From Takakia lepidozioides (taxonomy: Eukaryota > Plantae > Bryophyta): a DNA stretch of 64,000 nucleotides. The stretch spans positions 41,478,001 through 41,542,000 of the forward strand of contig CM060734.1 in NCBI GenBank assembly GCA_030704615.1. Direction: 5' to 3'. Shown here piece after piece: positions 1-25,109 of the stretch. Each line of letters starts with the position of its first letter. Within the stretch, counting starts at the first letter, position 1. Made by a program: the position numbers and the translations under genes. The notes under the pieces are model-generated. The model was not told the origin of the DNA. It did no database searches and worked only from the letters and a program-made list of their open reading frames with translations.

Positions 1-329
1 CTACAGGGACAACAGCCTCGAGCCAATGTCACAGGGAAAATTTATACCTCTCTCTCACTCTCCTGAAACACCTCATAGATAGAGATTGTTCTAAAGTGAT
101 TGTTTTGAATGTACATGAAGAGCTGTGCCTTTAGCCCCAACTCAATAAATTAGCTCTCTACATTTACTTCAGTAATAGATATATATACTAGGACGTAATG
201 CAACGACAACAGTACTCAGAGTCCCTACCAACAGTCACAGTCACTACTGCAAACAACATAGTCACTCCTTAATTGATCCACTTAATTGGTTGCATGTATG
301 AAGTTTGTACTGTAGCACCTATTTGTATG

Positions 330-880
330 CATATCCCTGGTGATAAATTTCTACTCATTGTTTGGACAGTCAATTTGAGTCAGGTTTCCCCTCTCACTAC
401 TCTTGACATCTCCACATAAAGTTGACTGGGTGTGAAATATGGTTGCTGGAGCAAAATACCTAGGAACTTGAGCCTTATTGATGGTCATAGCGAATTCAGG
501 AGAAGTGAGAAACTGATGGGGACGAAATGAGATTGGAGAGTCGGATTCTGTTTTAAGTAGTGATATTTGCGGACTGAGAACTTGCCTCCCTATGTCATCC
601 CCCATGGCAATCTCATCATCAATTCCCTGACCTTGAATACCACCGGGATCAAGATTATGTAGCATAATCACTAGTCCAACTTTCAAAACCAACTTGTGAG
701 GTGGTGATCCACCAGGCCTCAATGAGTTAAAAAAACTCTACTCTGCATTTGGGTCATCTTTGAGGGAACCAAAAGGTGTTCAACTTGGACCCCTGGTAGT
801 AATGAGCATGCACATAAAGTGAAGCTCTCCTTTATGGGGGCCAGAATTGCAGGCTTCATGATGTAACTTACTCCGCATTT
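330..880 (-). mobile_element. Helitron Rep/PIF1-helicase remnant (degenerate)
   Basis: ORF 351..722 has PPHKLVLKVGLVIMLHNLDP and FAMTINKAQ, matching PIF1-type Helitron helicase motifs. ORF 780..1064 ends GELHFMCMLITTRGPS, resembling the RepHel GERYYLRLLL..VRGP motif. Fragmented and internally deleted. Confidence 0.7.
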
Positions 881-1011
881 GTCCAAGCGGCTCAGAAAAT
901 GAGGGTAAATGGGCTACAAAAGCGCTAGCTCGTTTGTATACGTGGCAAGTGCCAAGTGAACCCCGTGAAGCGAAGGGTTGGGTGTTGTTGGCGGCGCCGG
1001 GTGGTTCCATC

Positions 1012-1066
1012 TGGTCCCATAAGCTCTTTGAGCCTTCCGCGGACGTTATAAAGTACCATTCCATTC
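1012..1066 (+). mobile_element. LINE family 1, 3'-terminal fragment
   Basis: GTCCCATAAGCTCTTTGAGC..CCGCGGACGTTATAAAGTACCATT terminus shared with copies at 3600, 6540-6802 and 11570. Followed by (CT)n. Confidence 0.65.
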
Positions 1067-1077
1067 TCTCGCTCCAT

Positions 1078-1112
<35 letters not shown>

Positions 1113-1792
1113 TTCCTTTTGGAAGTTCGTTCGTTTTGCTGGATGGGTTTTTCACAAGCTTGGCATCGGCTTTAGATTCTGAATGTTGACTACCACTGAG
1201 GATTTCGGACCAACTGTGTTGTCTCTTAATAGGATATATGCAAGTTTGAACATGACAATGTTTTGAGATGATCAGCCTCTCTTTCGATTACATAGGGCTG
1301 GCCGCGCCATGGTAGGATCTGCACTAGGAGTCTTTTTCTGTTGTGAAGGTGGAGCCTCGTACAGTCTGTTTATTGGGAGAAATGGTACTAGTACTTAGGG
1401 AGAGATGGATCAGCGTACAAGAGGGGCGTAAGGGTGTGGAGAGATAGGGACAAAATATAACAGTATGAGAAGTATGGTGGGCTGATGTCTTGAAGAACCG
1501 AAACCACTCAAAGTTAAGGGCGCTGCTGGCATGGAACATTACATCTTTCTTGCTCTCAATGTTTCGAATCAAATGCACAGGGAGGAAAGCTGCACATGTT
1601 GAGGATCTCTGATCCAGAAATTGGCCACCTAAAGTGGACAAGCTATGGCGGTTCTCGATGGAAGCTTTTGGAAGTGCTTGCGAGTCACTTACAGGAAATG
1701 CGGGCTTAACGTCATACGCACCCGAGAGAGCTCCGCAAACCAAGACTTTGTATATTGTGTTTGAATTGAATTGTTAAAGTTTGTCAGAAACA

Positions 1793-4700
1793 ATGCCCGG
1801 GGAAGAGGAATTGGAGAGGGAGGCCACAGTGGAGGTACCGGCAACCGTCCAACCGGTTAAGAAAAATGATGATGAACCACCACGGTTTTCAGATCCAGAG
1901 ACGGGGGAAGAAATTGACCTAGCGAAGCCAAAGCAGTGGGCTGAAAATGGGCCGATTGAGATTGATCAGCCTGAAGGGATCTGGAAAGTTCCTACCGTCT
2001 ATGGCAACAAGAATGTTCTGCGCTTTCCCTTGCGAGAAAAGAGCAGATTCAAGAGGTCTCCAGTGGTTGATAAGTACATAGATCCTCTTGTTCCAGTTGA
2101 TGACCCTGCTGCCTTCACTGCCCGGCCTCCTCAGACTACCGCAGTTCCACAAACGAAAGGCCCTCCCTTTCATTACCAGTTGCATCGCTCTGTCACCTCA
2201 GGCGATAAGGATGTATCCCCTACTAGTAGCGAATGACCACTTAATCGTTGAAGCAGTCCATATTTACAAATACCCGGATCCACGGGCTAAAATTTAGAAT
2301 CTAACAAGACCCACTATGCAGCGTCGGAAGGATCGGATATAACTGGAGCTGAGAAATGCAGAAAAGAAATAAAATTTACAACGTCCATGTGAAGGTGAAA
2401 GAGATTGTACTCATAAGACGTTGTTTGCCGTAGCCTTGTGGGAAGGTGAAAGAGAGAGAGAGAGAGAGATTCCTTTAAAGAAAACTGGATAACGGCTTAT
2501 TGATGGAAGGGTTTGAGGTGGAGAGAGGACCAGGTACATCATCAGGTTAAATCCTCAACCAGAGATGTGACAGCACTTCTGCAGGATCGTTGATCCCGAG
2601 GGTCGTATCGTAAAGAAGAAGGGTTGTGGCTGGTTATGCCGGAAATGGGTGGAGCGTCCCATGCCCCGTGATCTCTTGAACCACTCTGAGGAAGAATGGG
2701 CGGTTTGTTACTCTCCTCCAAGGATCAATTAACTTCCCTAAAAATAATCTTTGCTGTAGCAGGTGCTACTCACTGGAGTCATGGCTCTAAATTCCACCAG
2801 TTCCCAGCTGCTTCCCATTTAGATCAGTATGAACTTCTAAAATGTGCTTCACTTAACCAGTAGTCAGCTACACAAAGTAGGAAGTGAATGTGTAGAGGAA
2901 AATTGCAGTGCAGGCTGATAATATAGGTCCACAGCCACAAAATGGGCATGTATTATAGCCCTACTGGTAATCGTGCGCGGTAATTTAGTCGAGAGAGCTC
3001 GACAAGAGAGGAAGCTTAACTAGAATTTTTCTTTGAGTTCCTCGAGTGTGTGTCTGGATGAAGGGAACAAACACCAGGTGCAGGCCACTTTAGACAGAAA
3101 TTAACCCACAAAAATTTCGCATTTCTTACTCCGCAATACGAAAATTTTCTGGGTGCCATTGAGCTGCAAGCTTACAGTGACTTACATGCGTTCGAGATTG
3201 TACGAGGGTCGAGCAATCAGAAGTGGTTGAGGGTGCAGGATTTCTTAGCGAAGCAGGCAGAGATTGAGGCAAGGGACGAGGCCGTGTTTCAAGAATTGAT
3301 GCGAAGCATATTTTCTGGAATGGGAAATGAAGACGGGATCATGAAGGAGACTAACGAGATGTTATCAAAAGAAAAGAACAGTCACGATGATCGCTTGGCC
3401 GCCATGTACAAACTATGGGAGCAGCAGGTGTTCCACAACATCAATGACCAAATTGACAAGAAACTCATGAAGTTGTCTCCGGATGAAATCATGAACAAGC
3501 TTAGTAAGTAACCACCTCTGTGAGTGAGAGTGAGATAGAGATGCCATGCACCGTTTGACTTGCGTTCTCGTTATGGCCTCGACGAGGGAGTTGGGAAGGA
3601 GAGAGAAATGAAATGATGGTACTTTGTAATGTCCGCGGAAAGCTCAAAGAGCTTACAGGACAAAATGGGAAAAAACAAGAGAGAGGAAACAAAACCAGAG
3701 CCGGTAAGCTGAGCCCAAAAGCAACTACTGCTCAAGGGTTGCCTAACGGTCAAGGCCTCGTGTAGGTAAGCTGCCAAGCATTTCTGATTCTCATAGTGGC
3801 AGACTTCAGTGAGAGCTTGAGTTCCACGGAATAGACAGTGGAATCTCCCACGGATCTCATAATATAGAGGGCAATAAAAGACGACGTTCTTCAGTTTCAA
3901 TTTCCTGGTTGCGCCCTGTGCAAGAGAGAGGGAAAACGTAGCCACAAATGCTGCGCCTTGTTGGGCGAGAGAAAAGGCCGTTTATGATCTCCACCGCTTA
4001 TCCGCGTATACTTTTCATGGCCCTTTTAGAGCTCAGAGCATGAAAGAGAGCGAGAAAGAAATGGACTGAAATGATACTTTTAGAGAGGGGCAGCTCAATA
4101 ACAACTGTAGTTCAAAGGGATGCAGATATGCTGCTAAGCATTTCTGATCCTCGTAATGGAAGACAATAGAATCTCCCACGGATCTCATAGTAGAGAGGAC
4201 AGTGAAAGAAGAAACATTCTCTTTGGAAAGAACGAGACTTTATAACATCCTCGGCAAGCTCAAATAGCTATGGAACAAAAAGCAGGATACAAGCAAGAGA
4301 GAGGGGGTCTGGAGTGTTGCGACTTAAACCCAATTGTCACATGAAGACATAACCCTAAACTCCACTCTTGCTTCTTGGTGTGCTGAATTGTGGTCACTCT
4401 TTTCTGCTTCCCGATCCCTCTTTTCTAGCAGAAGACAAAATATTTCGTCTAAGGGCAAATGACATTGCTTAAATAGAGATTGTACAGGTTGTAAGTGGAT
4501 ATGCTCTCAGCTATCCTGTAGACTTCTCTTTTTATGTCTAGGAGTACAACTAAGCAAGTCCTGTAGTGCTACTGCACTAGTAGGCCAACATATTGGAACT
4601 CCACCAAGCCAGAAGTCTGTGATTTCTTTCTATCTTTCATCTCCCGCTTGGGATTCGTGCTTTTAGAAGCTTGCGGGTTCATCAAAGAAATCATCCCACC

Positions 4701-6206
4701 CCATATGAAAGTGGTCACCTTTGGAAGTAGTATGGACTCACAAAGTTGATAGTGCCAAGATAACATCAACCAGTACATCCTTAACCAGTCCAGCCCACAA
4801 CTCAAGTGAAGAAGAAGAGCTATGCAGGTGGTGTTATATAGACTCCAAATATATTTTTGACTGGGCATACCAGAGGTGGTGTTCTGATTGAAAGAGGTAC
4901 ATGGAACATAGAGAAGGAAGGATCTTCAAAGGATCTTGGTCAAGTCTGTCAAAGAGCTTAGGGGACGAGAGGGAGCCATGCTAAGATGGAAAGGGGGTAA
5001 ATACACAGGATACCAGCAGATGTGCTATGCAAAAGAAGCAATGAAGAGGCCCATCTACCGGGACTACCCTCACATGGATTATGACCCCTTTGAGCTACAG
5101 GGGACTGGTGTCCACTACTCCAATGCAAAGATATTTGATCCTGTCAAGCACGATTTGCTCAAGGTGCCAGTGAACAATTTTCCCTCTGTGATTGAAATTA
5201 CCAAATTATATTCATGGCTGCTAACCCCTCAACCCACGCATACCTTGGATAAGGTCTGCTAAGGTACTTCAACCAGATAGAGGCATATCTTTTTTATGCT
5301 AATCTGCATCTCCCTATCCCACTCTCTTCTCCAATTTCCACTCGAGTAAGCATGTACCTCAGTTGTTGCTGATGGATCACTCACTAACTCTCCCAGAGAA
5401 TGGCGTAGTATTTAATATGAATGTTTGTAAATGGATGCAAGTTGGCAGGCAATGATTATGATGGATGGTTGAGCAGGACAAGAGGGAGAAAGTGTTAATG
5501 GGTGACACAGGTCTTCGACAAGGCCATGGCAAGGGAGATATTGGAGCCACCAAACTGGCCATATGCAATATTCAGGAGCACAATGCATGGCCAATTAATG
5601 CAGATGAGGAAGATGCCACTTACAACCCGGAAATGATCCAGAGTAAATATTTCAACCTTATTCTCTTTCTCCCCCCAGGTCCATTTACACTGATCTGTCA
5701 CTGGCAGTTAGTCCAACACAAGTGTCAAGTCTTGGGCATAAGGAGGGTAACAGACACGAGATGTGCTAATATAAACATAGTGTGCCTCTGTCACTGCCCT
5801 TTGCACTATACAGGGACTGGCAGCTCTCCACCACTACGAGTAGCAGTGTTGATATCATTGGGTTGATATCTACTCTCGTGTGAATGTTATCCATTAAACT
5901 ACAATCTCTGAAGCTGCTCTGGGCAGTGAGCAGGTGCCCCGGCCATTGTTTAGCTGAGTTTCATGTCTTGGGGTGAGAAGTGAGAACCCCAGGCAGGCCC
6001 AGCATGTGTTGGTCAAGGGTCATAGGGAGCTGGCACCGACGCCCCATCCTCTCTCTCCCTTTTTCCGTAGTTCCATAAACAACTTTTACTTCGTGGCTTT
6101 GAATTCTGGATGCTCTGCAGGAAATGGCACTCTAGAGAAGTTTTTTGGAATGGAGAGTGGGGCTCCGAGTGCTGGAATGAAGCTTTCCCTCCAGGAGGAA
6201 AAGGAG

Positions 6207-6243
<37 letters not shown>

Positions 6244-6985
6244 AAGTACCATTTCATTTCATTTCATTTCTCCCTCTCCTACCTATGAGATATATATGGC
6301 TTGGTGTCTTTATGACCTTGGACAATTTTGGCCTTAAATTGTCACCCACTGAGCAGAGCTATACCTGGTTGTCATTTTGCAAACTATCACAACACACTGC
6401 CTAGTAGTGTGTCCTTCTCTTCACCCTGAAATTTGGATAGAATTTGAACAGAACTCACCAAACTCTTTCATCTCTCTGATTTTGTCCTCTGCGTGGGGGT
6501 AGGCACATGATCAAACCCTCTCTCTCTCTCTCTCTCCGTCTTTGTTTTGGCTCTGGTTTTGTTTCCTCTCTCATGTTTTCTTCCATTTTGTCCCATAAGC
6601 TCTATGAGCTTTCCGCGGACATTAAAAAATACCATTTCATTTCTCTCCTTTTTGTGTTCCGCTCAAACTGATCTCTCTCTTTCTTTCTTTCTTTTGGCTC
6701 TGATTTTGTTTCCTCTCTCTTGTTTTTTCCATTTTGTCCCGTAAGCTCTTTGAGCTTTCCACGGACGTTATAAAGTACCATTTTGAACATTTCATTTCAT
6801 TTCTCTCTCGCACACGAAGTGTGAGCCAATACTAACGGATTTGTATGAATGTTTCCCTGTAGATGCCTCCAAGACCTCCAGATAATAAGGAGGGTGCTGC
6901 TTTGCGTGGCAAGGATATGGTGTGGGATAGTCCTGTGAAATTGCAACCTAAACTACAACTGTCTGAGGAAAATCCGTGGTTTTGA
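1793..6985 (+). CDS. Multi-exon FAM228-like protein (exon structure partly uncertain)
   Basis: Likely exons: 1793-2212, ~2585-2702, ~3239-3503, 5009-5163, 5477-~5642, a possible small exon ~6357-6409, and a last exon 6863-6985 (TGA). AMYKLWEQQVFHNINDQIDKKL and IYRDYPHMDYDPFELQ...KIFDPVKHDLLK resemble FAM228 motifs (W..V...Q..I, YDPF, DPLK). Most exons have GT/AG borders. Two junction phases could not be resolved by eye. Confidence 0.55.
3600..4020 (-). mobile_element. LINE family 1, 3' portion (ORF2 C-terminal Cys/His region + 3'UTR + CATTT tail)
   Basis: ORF 3571..3945 contains VVFYCPLYYEIRGRFHCLF, typical of a non-LTR ORF2 C-terminal zinc-binding region. Same terminus as the other copies. 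A degenerate second copy lies at ~4060-4290. Confidence 0.65.
6238..6802 (+). mobile_element. LINE family 1 3'-end fragments (6238-6270, ~6540-6642, ~6690-6802)
   Basis: Three copies of the TTATAAAGTACCATTTCATTTC terminus, each directly after a (CT)n run. Confidence 0.65.
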
Positions 6986-7116
6986 AGGCACACCCAACTT
7001 TGCACAATCTGGAACATGATTTTGGCTCCAGTTACTCCCTACCCAAGATCATTGCTTTTGCCCTACATATCTAGTGATTCAGTAATTTCCAGATGTGCTC
7101 TAAACACACAGCTACA

Positions 7117-7795
7117 CTGTGCTCTTATCATCGCAAGAATCAAAGGCATGGCAAAGGGCGTGGATCAAGTTATCAGATGCCTTTAAAAGGAGAGAAATGT
7201 CTCCAAAATTCTGGCATGTCAGACTCCCAGATGGGCTAATCCAAGCTGCGCTCAAACTCACTTTGGAAATACTGAGCCTCGCAGAGTTTCTATTGATGCC
7301 CGTACCACCTGGAAATGACGGGAATTCAGGTTCATGGGTTTCATCATCTGCTTCAGCCCAGTGGGACTAGTCGTCTGCTTGCAATTGGCTGCTCCGAACC
7401 TGTACCCAGAAACAAACCTCTTGTTCCCACTAGATTTCATTCGTTTTTACATAGAAATGGTATTACTTCCTCAATGAAGTGAAGGTCTAATCTTAGTATC
7501 TAAGGACCAAGAGAAGGCTAGCAAAAGGATTCACACTTTACCCCACTGGGCAGCAATCATATTTTTGAGAACTCGTGATTTCCACTTGCAACTAAAGGCC
7601 TGTGATACGGCCTGTGAAATTTCTCAACAGCCACACAAAACTGGATGTACATGGTGACAAAGGTTTGCACACATGTAAACATCCACTTTGCTGTGGCTGC
7701 TGACAAATCTCACAAACCGTATGGCGCACCCCCCCACTTCACCCTCACCAGTTGCGCACGACGACCTGTTTACCTTGGCTGTGTCAAAGAGATAA
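7117..7795 (-). pseudogene. CDC123: CDC123 (D123 family) gene fragment, copy A
   Basis: Near-identical to ~8134-9100. Encodes ASIETLRGSVFPK. Lacks the intron present in copy B. Confidence 0.7.
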
Positions 7796-7830
7796 AGATA
7801 AAGATAAAGTGTCAAAGAGAGAAGGAACCT

Positions 7831-8005
7831 AAATATGGAAAAATACAGATAAATACGGAAAAATACGAACAAATACAGACAAATATGGATAAATACGGAT
7901 AATAAGGAAAAATACGGAAAAATACAGACAAGTATGGACAGATACGGATAAATATAGAAACATACGAACAAATACGTACAAATACGGGAAAATACGGATA
8001 AATAG
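7831..8005. repeat. ~10-bp-period AAATACGG(A/G) tandem array (DNA-transposon subterminal-like)
   Basis: About 17 degenerate units such as aaatacggaa, aaatacagac and aaatacggat. A shorter array of the same motif lies at ~9110-9178. Confidence 0.8.
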
Positions 8006-9110
8006 GCTTTGCATAGTCACCTGGCTATGGCAGATTCCAACCAAAATATTACCTCGTACAAATCCCTGAAACTCCATCTCTGCCCTCAAATCAAACCACT
8101 TCGGAAGGGCTAAGACCACTTGTGAGGGCTTCTCTGTGCTCTTATCATAGCAAGAATCGAAGGCATGGCAAAGGTCATGGATCAAGTTATCAGATGCCTT
8201 TAAAAGGAGAGAAATCTCTCCAAAATTCTGGAATTTTAGACTCCCAGATGAGCTAATCCAACCTTCGGAGCGCTCCAATTCAGCTTTGGAAAATACTGAG
8301 CCTCCCAGGGTTTCTATTGATGACCGTACCTAATGCTGTAACTACGCACCCCGGAAGGATGAGATGCTCCAGTCCCAGTTGAAGTGATATCTCACTTGTC
8401 TACCCATTAATTCAGCTAATATGGATATAGTACTTCAGAACACCCTCTACTTTTTAGTATGGTAGAGAGCATGACTGATGCCACCATTACTACTACTGAC
8501 CGTAGTACAAACCTCGAGGAATTATTAAATGGTTAAACCTCGTTACTGTTTCCACCTGCAGCAATGCTGATAATGAGTAAGACATAGAAAGAGATACGAA
8601 AGATGTCCGTACCTGGGCCTGCAGACCTCGAAATGACGGGAATTCTGGTTCATGGGTTTCATCATCTTCTTCAGCCCAGTGGGACTAGTCGTCTGCTTGC
8701 AATTGGCTGCTCCGAACCTGTACCCAGAAACAAACCTCTTGTTCCCACTAGATTTCATTCGTTTTTACATAGAAATGGTATTACTTCCTCAATGAAGTGA
8801 AGGTCTAATCTTAGTATCTAAGGACCAAGAGAAGGCTAGCAAAAGGATTCACACTTTACCCCACTGGGCAGCAATCATATTTTTGAGAACTCGTGATTTC
8901 CACTCGCAACTAAAGGCCTGTGATACGGACTGTGAAATTTCTCAACAGCCACACAAAACTGGATGTACATGGTGACAAAGGTTTGCACACATGTAAACAT
9001 CCACTTTGCTGTGGCTGCTGACAAATCTCACAAACCGTATGGCACACCCTCACCACCAAATTGCGCAAATCCTGTTTACCTTGGCTGTGTCAAAGAGAGA
9101 AGACGCCTAC
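8005..9110 (-). pseudogene. CDC123: CDC123 (D123 family) gene fragment, copy B, with intron 8330-8612
   Basis: Reads SIETLGGSVFPKLNWSAPK / WISSSGSLKFQNFGEISLLLKASDNLIHDLCHAFDSCYDK...LALPKWFDLRAEMEFQGFVRGNILVGICHSQVT, the CDC123 core motifs. Has frameshifts and an in-frame stop, and a GT..AG intron at 8612-8330. Confidence 0.8.
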
Positions 9111-9814
9111 TTATGGACAAATACGGATTAATACGGATAAATAGGAAAATATACGGACAAATACGGATAAGGATATGCTAAATGAAGCTTTGTGTTTTCA
9201 TTACATTATGGAATGAGGACTATATATATTCATCCTTATTCTGTCCATCCATGAAATCCCTCATTTTTCACTTCACACTGTCAACCTAGTGGGAACAAGA
9301 ACAAATATTATCTTACTTTATAAATTACTTGACATATAGCCATACGTACTACTACGTAGCTAGGCAGTTATTAGTCATTACCTGCACTATTTGCTTGGCT
9401 AGACTCAGCAATGCATGCAGACTATCCAGTTGCTCCCTTCAGAACAAATATGCACCCAAGGGGTCGATTTTCGTGACTTACAATATAAATCGGTCGCAAT
9501 GTCTCTGGACTGGATATGTTAAATGAAGCTTCGTGTTCTGTGTTTTGTTTGTCCTACAAATACCAAAGGGGGAAGGCATCTTTGCATAGTGAGTGAAATG
9601 CTTAAGACCCAAGTCGGAGTCGATAGCCACCAATTGGCAATTGGGCGATCAACCAATTGGGAGATTGAGTTCACTGGATGGAAGAAGACATGTTGCTTTA
9701 TTGCAAGCACAAATCCGTCCCTAGCTGTTATGGCCTCCTGGGTTGTGGATGAATTTTACCCTAGTCTTAAGAAACTAATATCCAAGTGGTGTTTAGCCAC
9801 AAGATAACCAGGAT

Positions 9815-10825
9815 CGAGGCAATCCTTCCCTCTTTGCAATGAAGTCGATTGCTTCATCAACATCCTCCACCACCTTGTCAGCTGAGACTATGGTTATTGG
9901 ATTCCCAGAAACATCCACTTCTAACGAGAATTGAAAACCAAGGCCTCCCCATCGCATTTGCACCACAAATATCTGTAAGTGGATTATCACCTACCATGTA
10001 AAGAGCCTTCAGAGCACAACTTTCCACCTGCAATAACCCAGTACGCGGTTTCACTCTTACAGAGGCTGGAGAGCACTCTCTGCCAGCTTATATGCGGTAC
10101 TCCGTGGCTTGTGTAAAGCATGGGAAGATAAGTCAAACGGGTATATACCAGTGTTGGGCGGTTCTCTGTTCCGGATATATACCCACTGCACCGGAGGTTC
10201 TTAATAACCTGCAGTGCAAGGAACCGGTGGGGCCCACATGCCCCCATCACCGCCTGAGTTTGGAACCGGCGAGGCATGAGACATTGATTTTAATTATCTG
10301 TGGGGGGTAAGATGAGACCCCCGGTTACAGTTAATGATACTTGCTGGTAACCAGCGGTTACTTTGTTCTAGGTTTAGCCAGCATCTCGTGTTTACTCTTT
10401 GATTCTTGGTACAATGATAAGGAAGAGGTCTTTGTGACTCATATGAACGCATTACAAACTGTGTTGAAATAAAAATATGTGTTATAGTTCACCAAAGTGC
10501 CTAAGCCGTAAGGCTCTTCTAACGTAACCGTTAAGAAGGACCGGCAATTCTATCCCGGTTACTAAATTTATAATATATCCGAATCGGATTGGCTAACCGG
10601 CATATGAAAGTAGCCAAATAACTGGTATGTATCAGAACCGGAAGACATGAGAAAACACTTAATAACCGGCTTCGGTGGTTCTTGTAAATCTTCAAAATCT
10701 AAATAACCTGAACCGGAGGTTCCTAGAAGACAGTCATAAAGAGAGAACCTGAACCGGGAGTTATCAAAAATATTACATAACCGCCCAACACTGGTATATA
10801 CATATGCTCTCAAGCGCAATCCCCA
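9815..10825 (-). pseudogene. HAD-IIA hydrolase (HDHD5/CECR5-like) C-terminal fragment, interrupted by a hAT MITE
   Basis: Minus frames give IALESI, YTSHGVPH, LKALYMVGDNPLTDICGANAMGRPWFSILVRSGCF and ADKVVEDVDEAIDFIAKRE. Frameshifted, with no visible introns. Confidence 0.75.
10149..10793. mobile_element. Non-autonomous hAT element (MITE, 645 bp)
   Basis: Perfect 15-bp TIRs CAGTGTTGGGCGGTT (10149-10163) / AACCGCCCAACACTG (10779-10793). 8-bp TSD GTATATAC at 10141-10148 and 10794-10801. Internal AACCGG/CCGGTT subterminal repeats. Confidence 0.9.
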
Positions 10826-11569
10826 GTAGTGACAGGTTAGTGCCCGCTACAGGTCTAGTGTTTGAAAAAGAAGAGGAGACGGGACTTTTTGAAGTGTCTT
10901 CAGGTTTTTTACTTAAGGCCCTTCTTTGCACTTGCATTCAAATTAGTGATATGGCTTGTCAATTGATTGAAATGACTACATTTTGTAACCCACTACTCCA
11001 AAGTGGTTAGGTTGACATGTGGTTGCCCGCATGGTCTTTCAATTTTGGAAAACTACATTCTAGTTGTTACAGCTGCTCCTGCTCCAGCAACAGTGAGGCC
11101 CAAAGTAAAATTCATACAAATGTTGTATACCGACCAAAAGAGAAATACTAGTTTTACAAGCAATATCAGTACTGATCAGCGTAGAGGCCAGATAAGAATT
11201 TGGTTTTGAAGAATTTACAATAACTGTAGTGCAATGGACACTCCCCACTGTTGTGTTGGATTGCATATGAACTGATAAGGTCTCCCGGACTTGTATGAAC
11301 CCCTGGATCCCAGCTCCCCCTAAAACACAAATAGTGGTGATAGGAAACGAGGTAGTCACCCTTACAACAGCTGGAGGCATTCACTTCCCTGACACTCAAA
11401 AGTGTGCCTCATTCACTCTTAAATGCTCCAGAAAGATGGCATCGAGTCTTTTCAAAAATCTATGATTTGGGTGAACAAATTGACCAGAAAACATGAAACT
11501 GGAAGATACACCAAACGACGTAATTACATGCATAGTCATGCCATAGTCTTGCCGCAGAATAAGAATAAG

Positions 11570-11845
11570 ATTATAACGTCCACGGAAAGCTCTTAGAGCT
11601 TATGGGACAAAGTGGAAGAAAACATGAGAGGAGACAAAATCAGAGCCAGAAATGAAAAACTATTGTTCGAGTGACTGTCTAAGGGTGAGGGCCTCGTGCA
11701 GGTAAGCTGCCTAGCTTTCCTGATCCTCATAGTCGAAGACTTCAGTGAGAGATTGGGTTCCGCCGAATAGACAGTGGAATCTCCCACGAATCTCATAGTA
11801 TAGAGGGCAATGGAAGAAGAAGTGTTCCTCAGTTTCAATTTCCGC
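11570..11845 (-). mobile_element. LINE family 1, 3' portion
   Basis: Homologous to 3610-3905 (TAGACAGTGGAATCTCCCACG..TCTCATA, TTATAACGTCCACGGAAAGCTC). Confidence 0.65.
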
Positions 11846-12154
11846 GGACAGAGAAAGCATACATGTTAGGAAAGCAACCTTACAGTGTGGGCCAAAAAGA
11901 AAACAAATTCAAAGAGTCCAGATGTAAGCTGAAGAGAAGAAATAATCGGGGATCTTGCCCCTTTCCTTTCCAATTTAATGCAACTATGATTTAGAGCAGA
12001 AATGTAGTCGGATGGACAGGGCGTAAACTCATGATTTACATCTACTCTAAAGTGAATGCTCTGCTGGGATGCACAATTGCCCTTCATATTGCACCTCCAT
12101 TATTCTTGGAGTCTAGGGTGAGATTCCACCTTCATCTATTCTATTACGCCATAC

Positions 12155-25109
<12,955 letters not shown>

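Noticed and set aside
7831-8005. Regular short repeats as a possible CRISPR array
   Set aside because: Units are ~10 bp, contiguous and degenerate, with no unique spacers, in a eukaryotic context.
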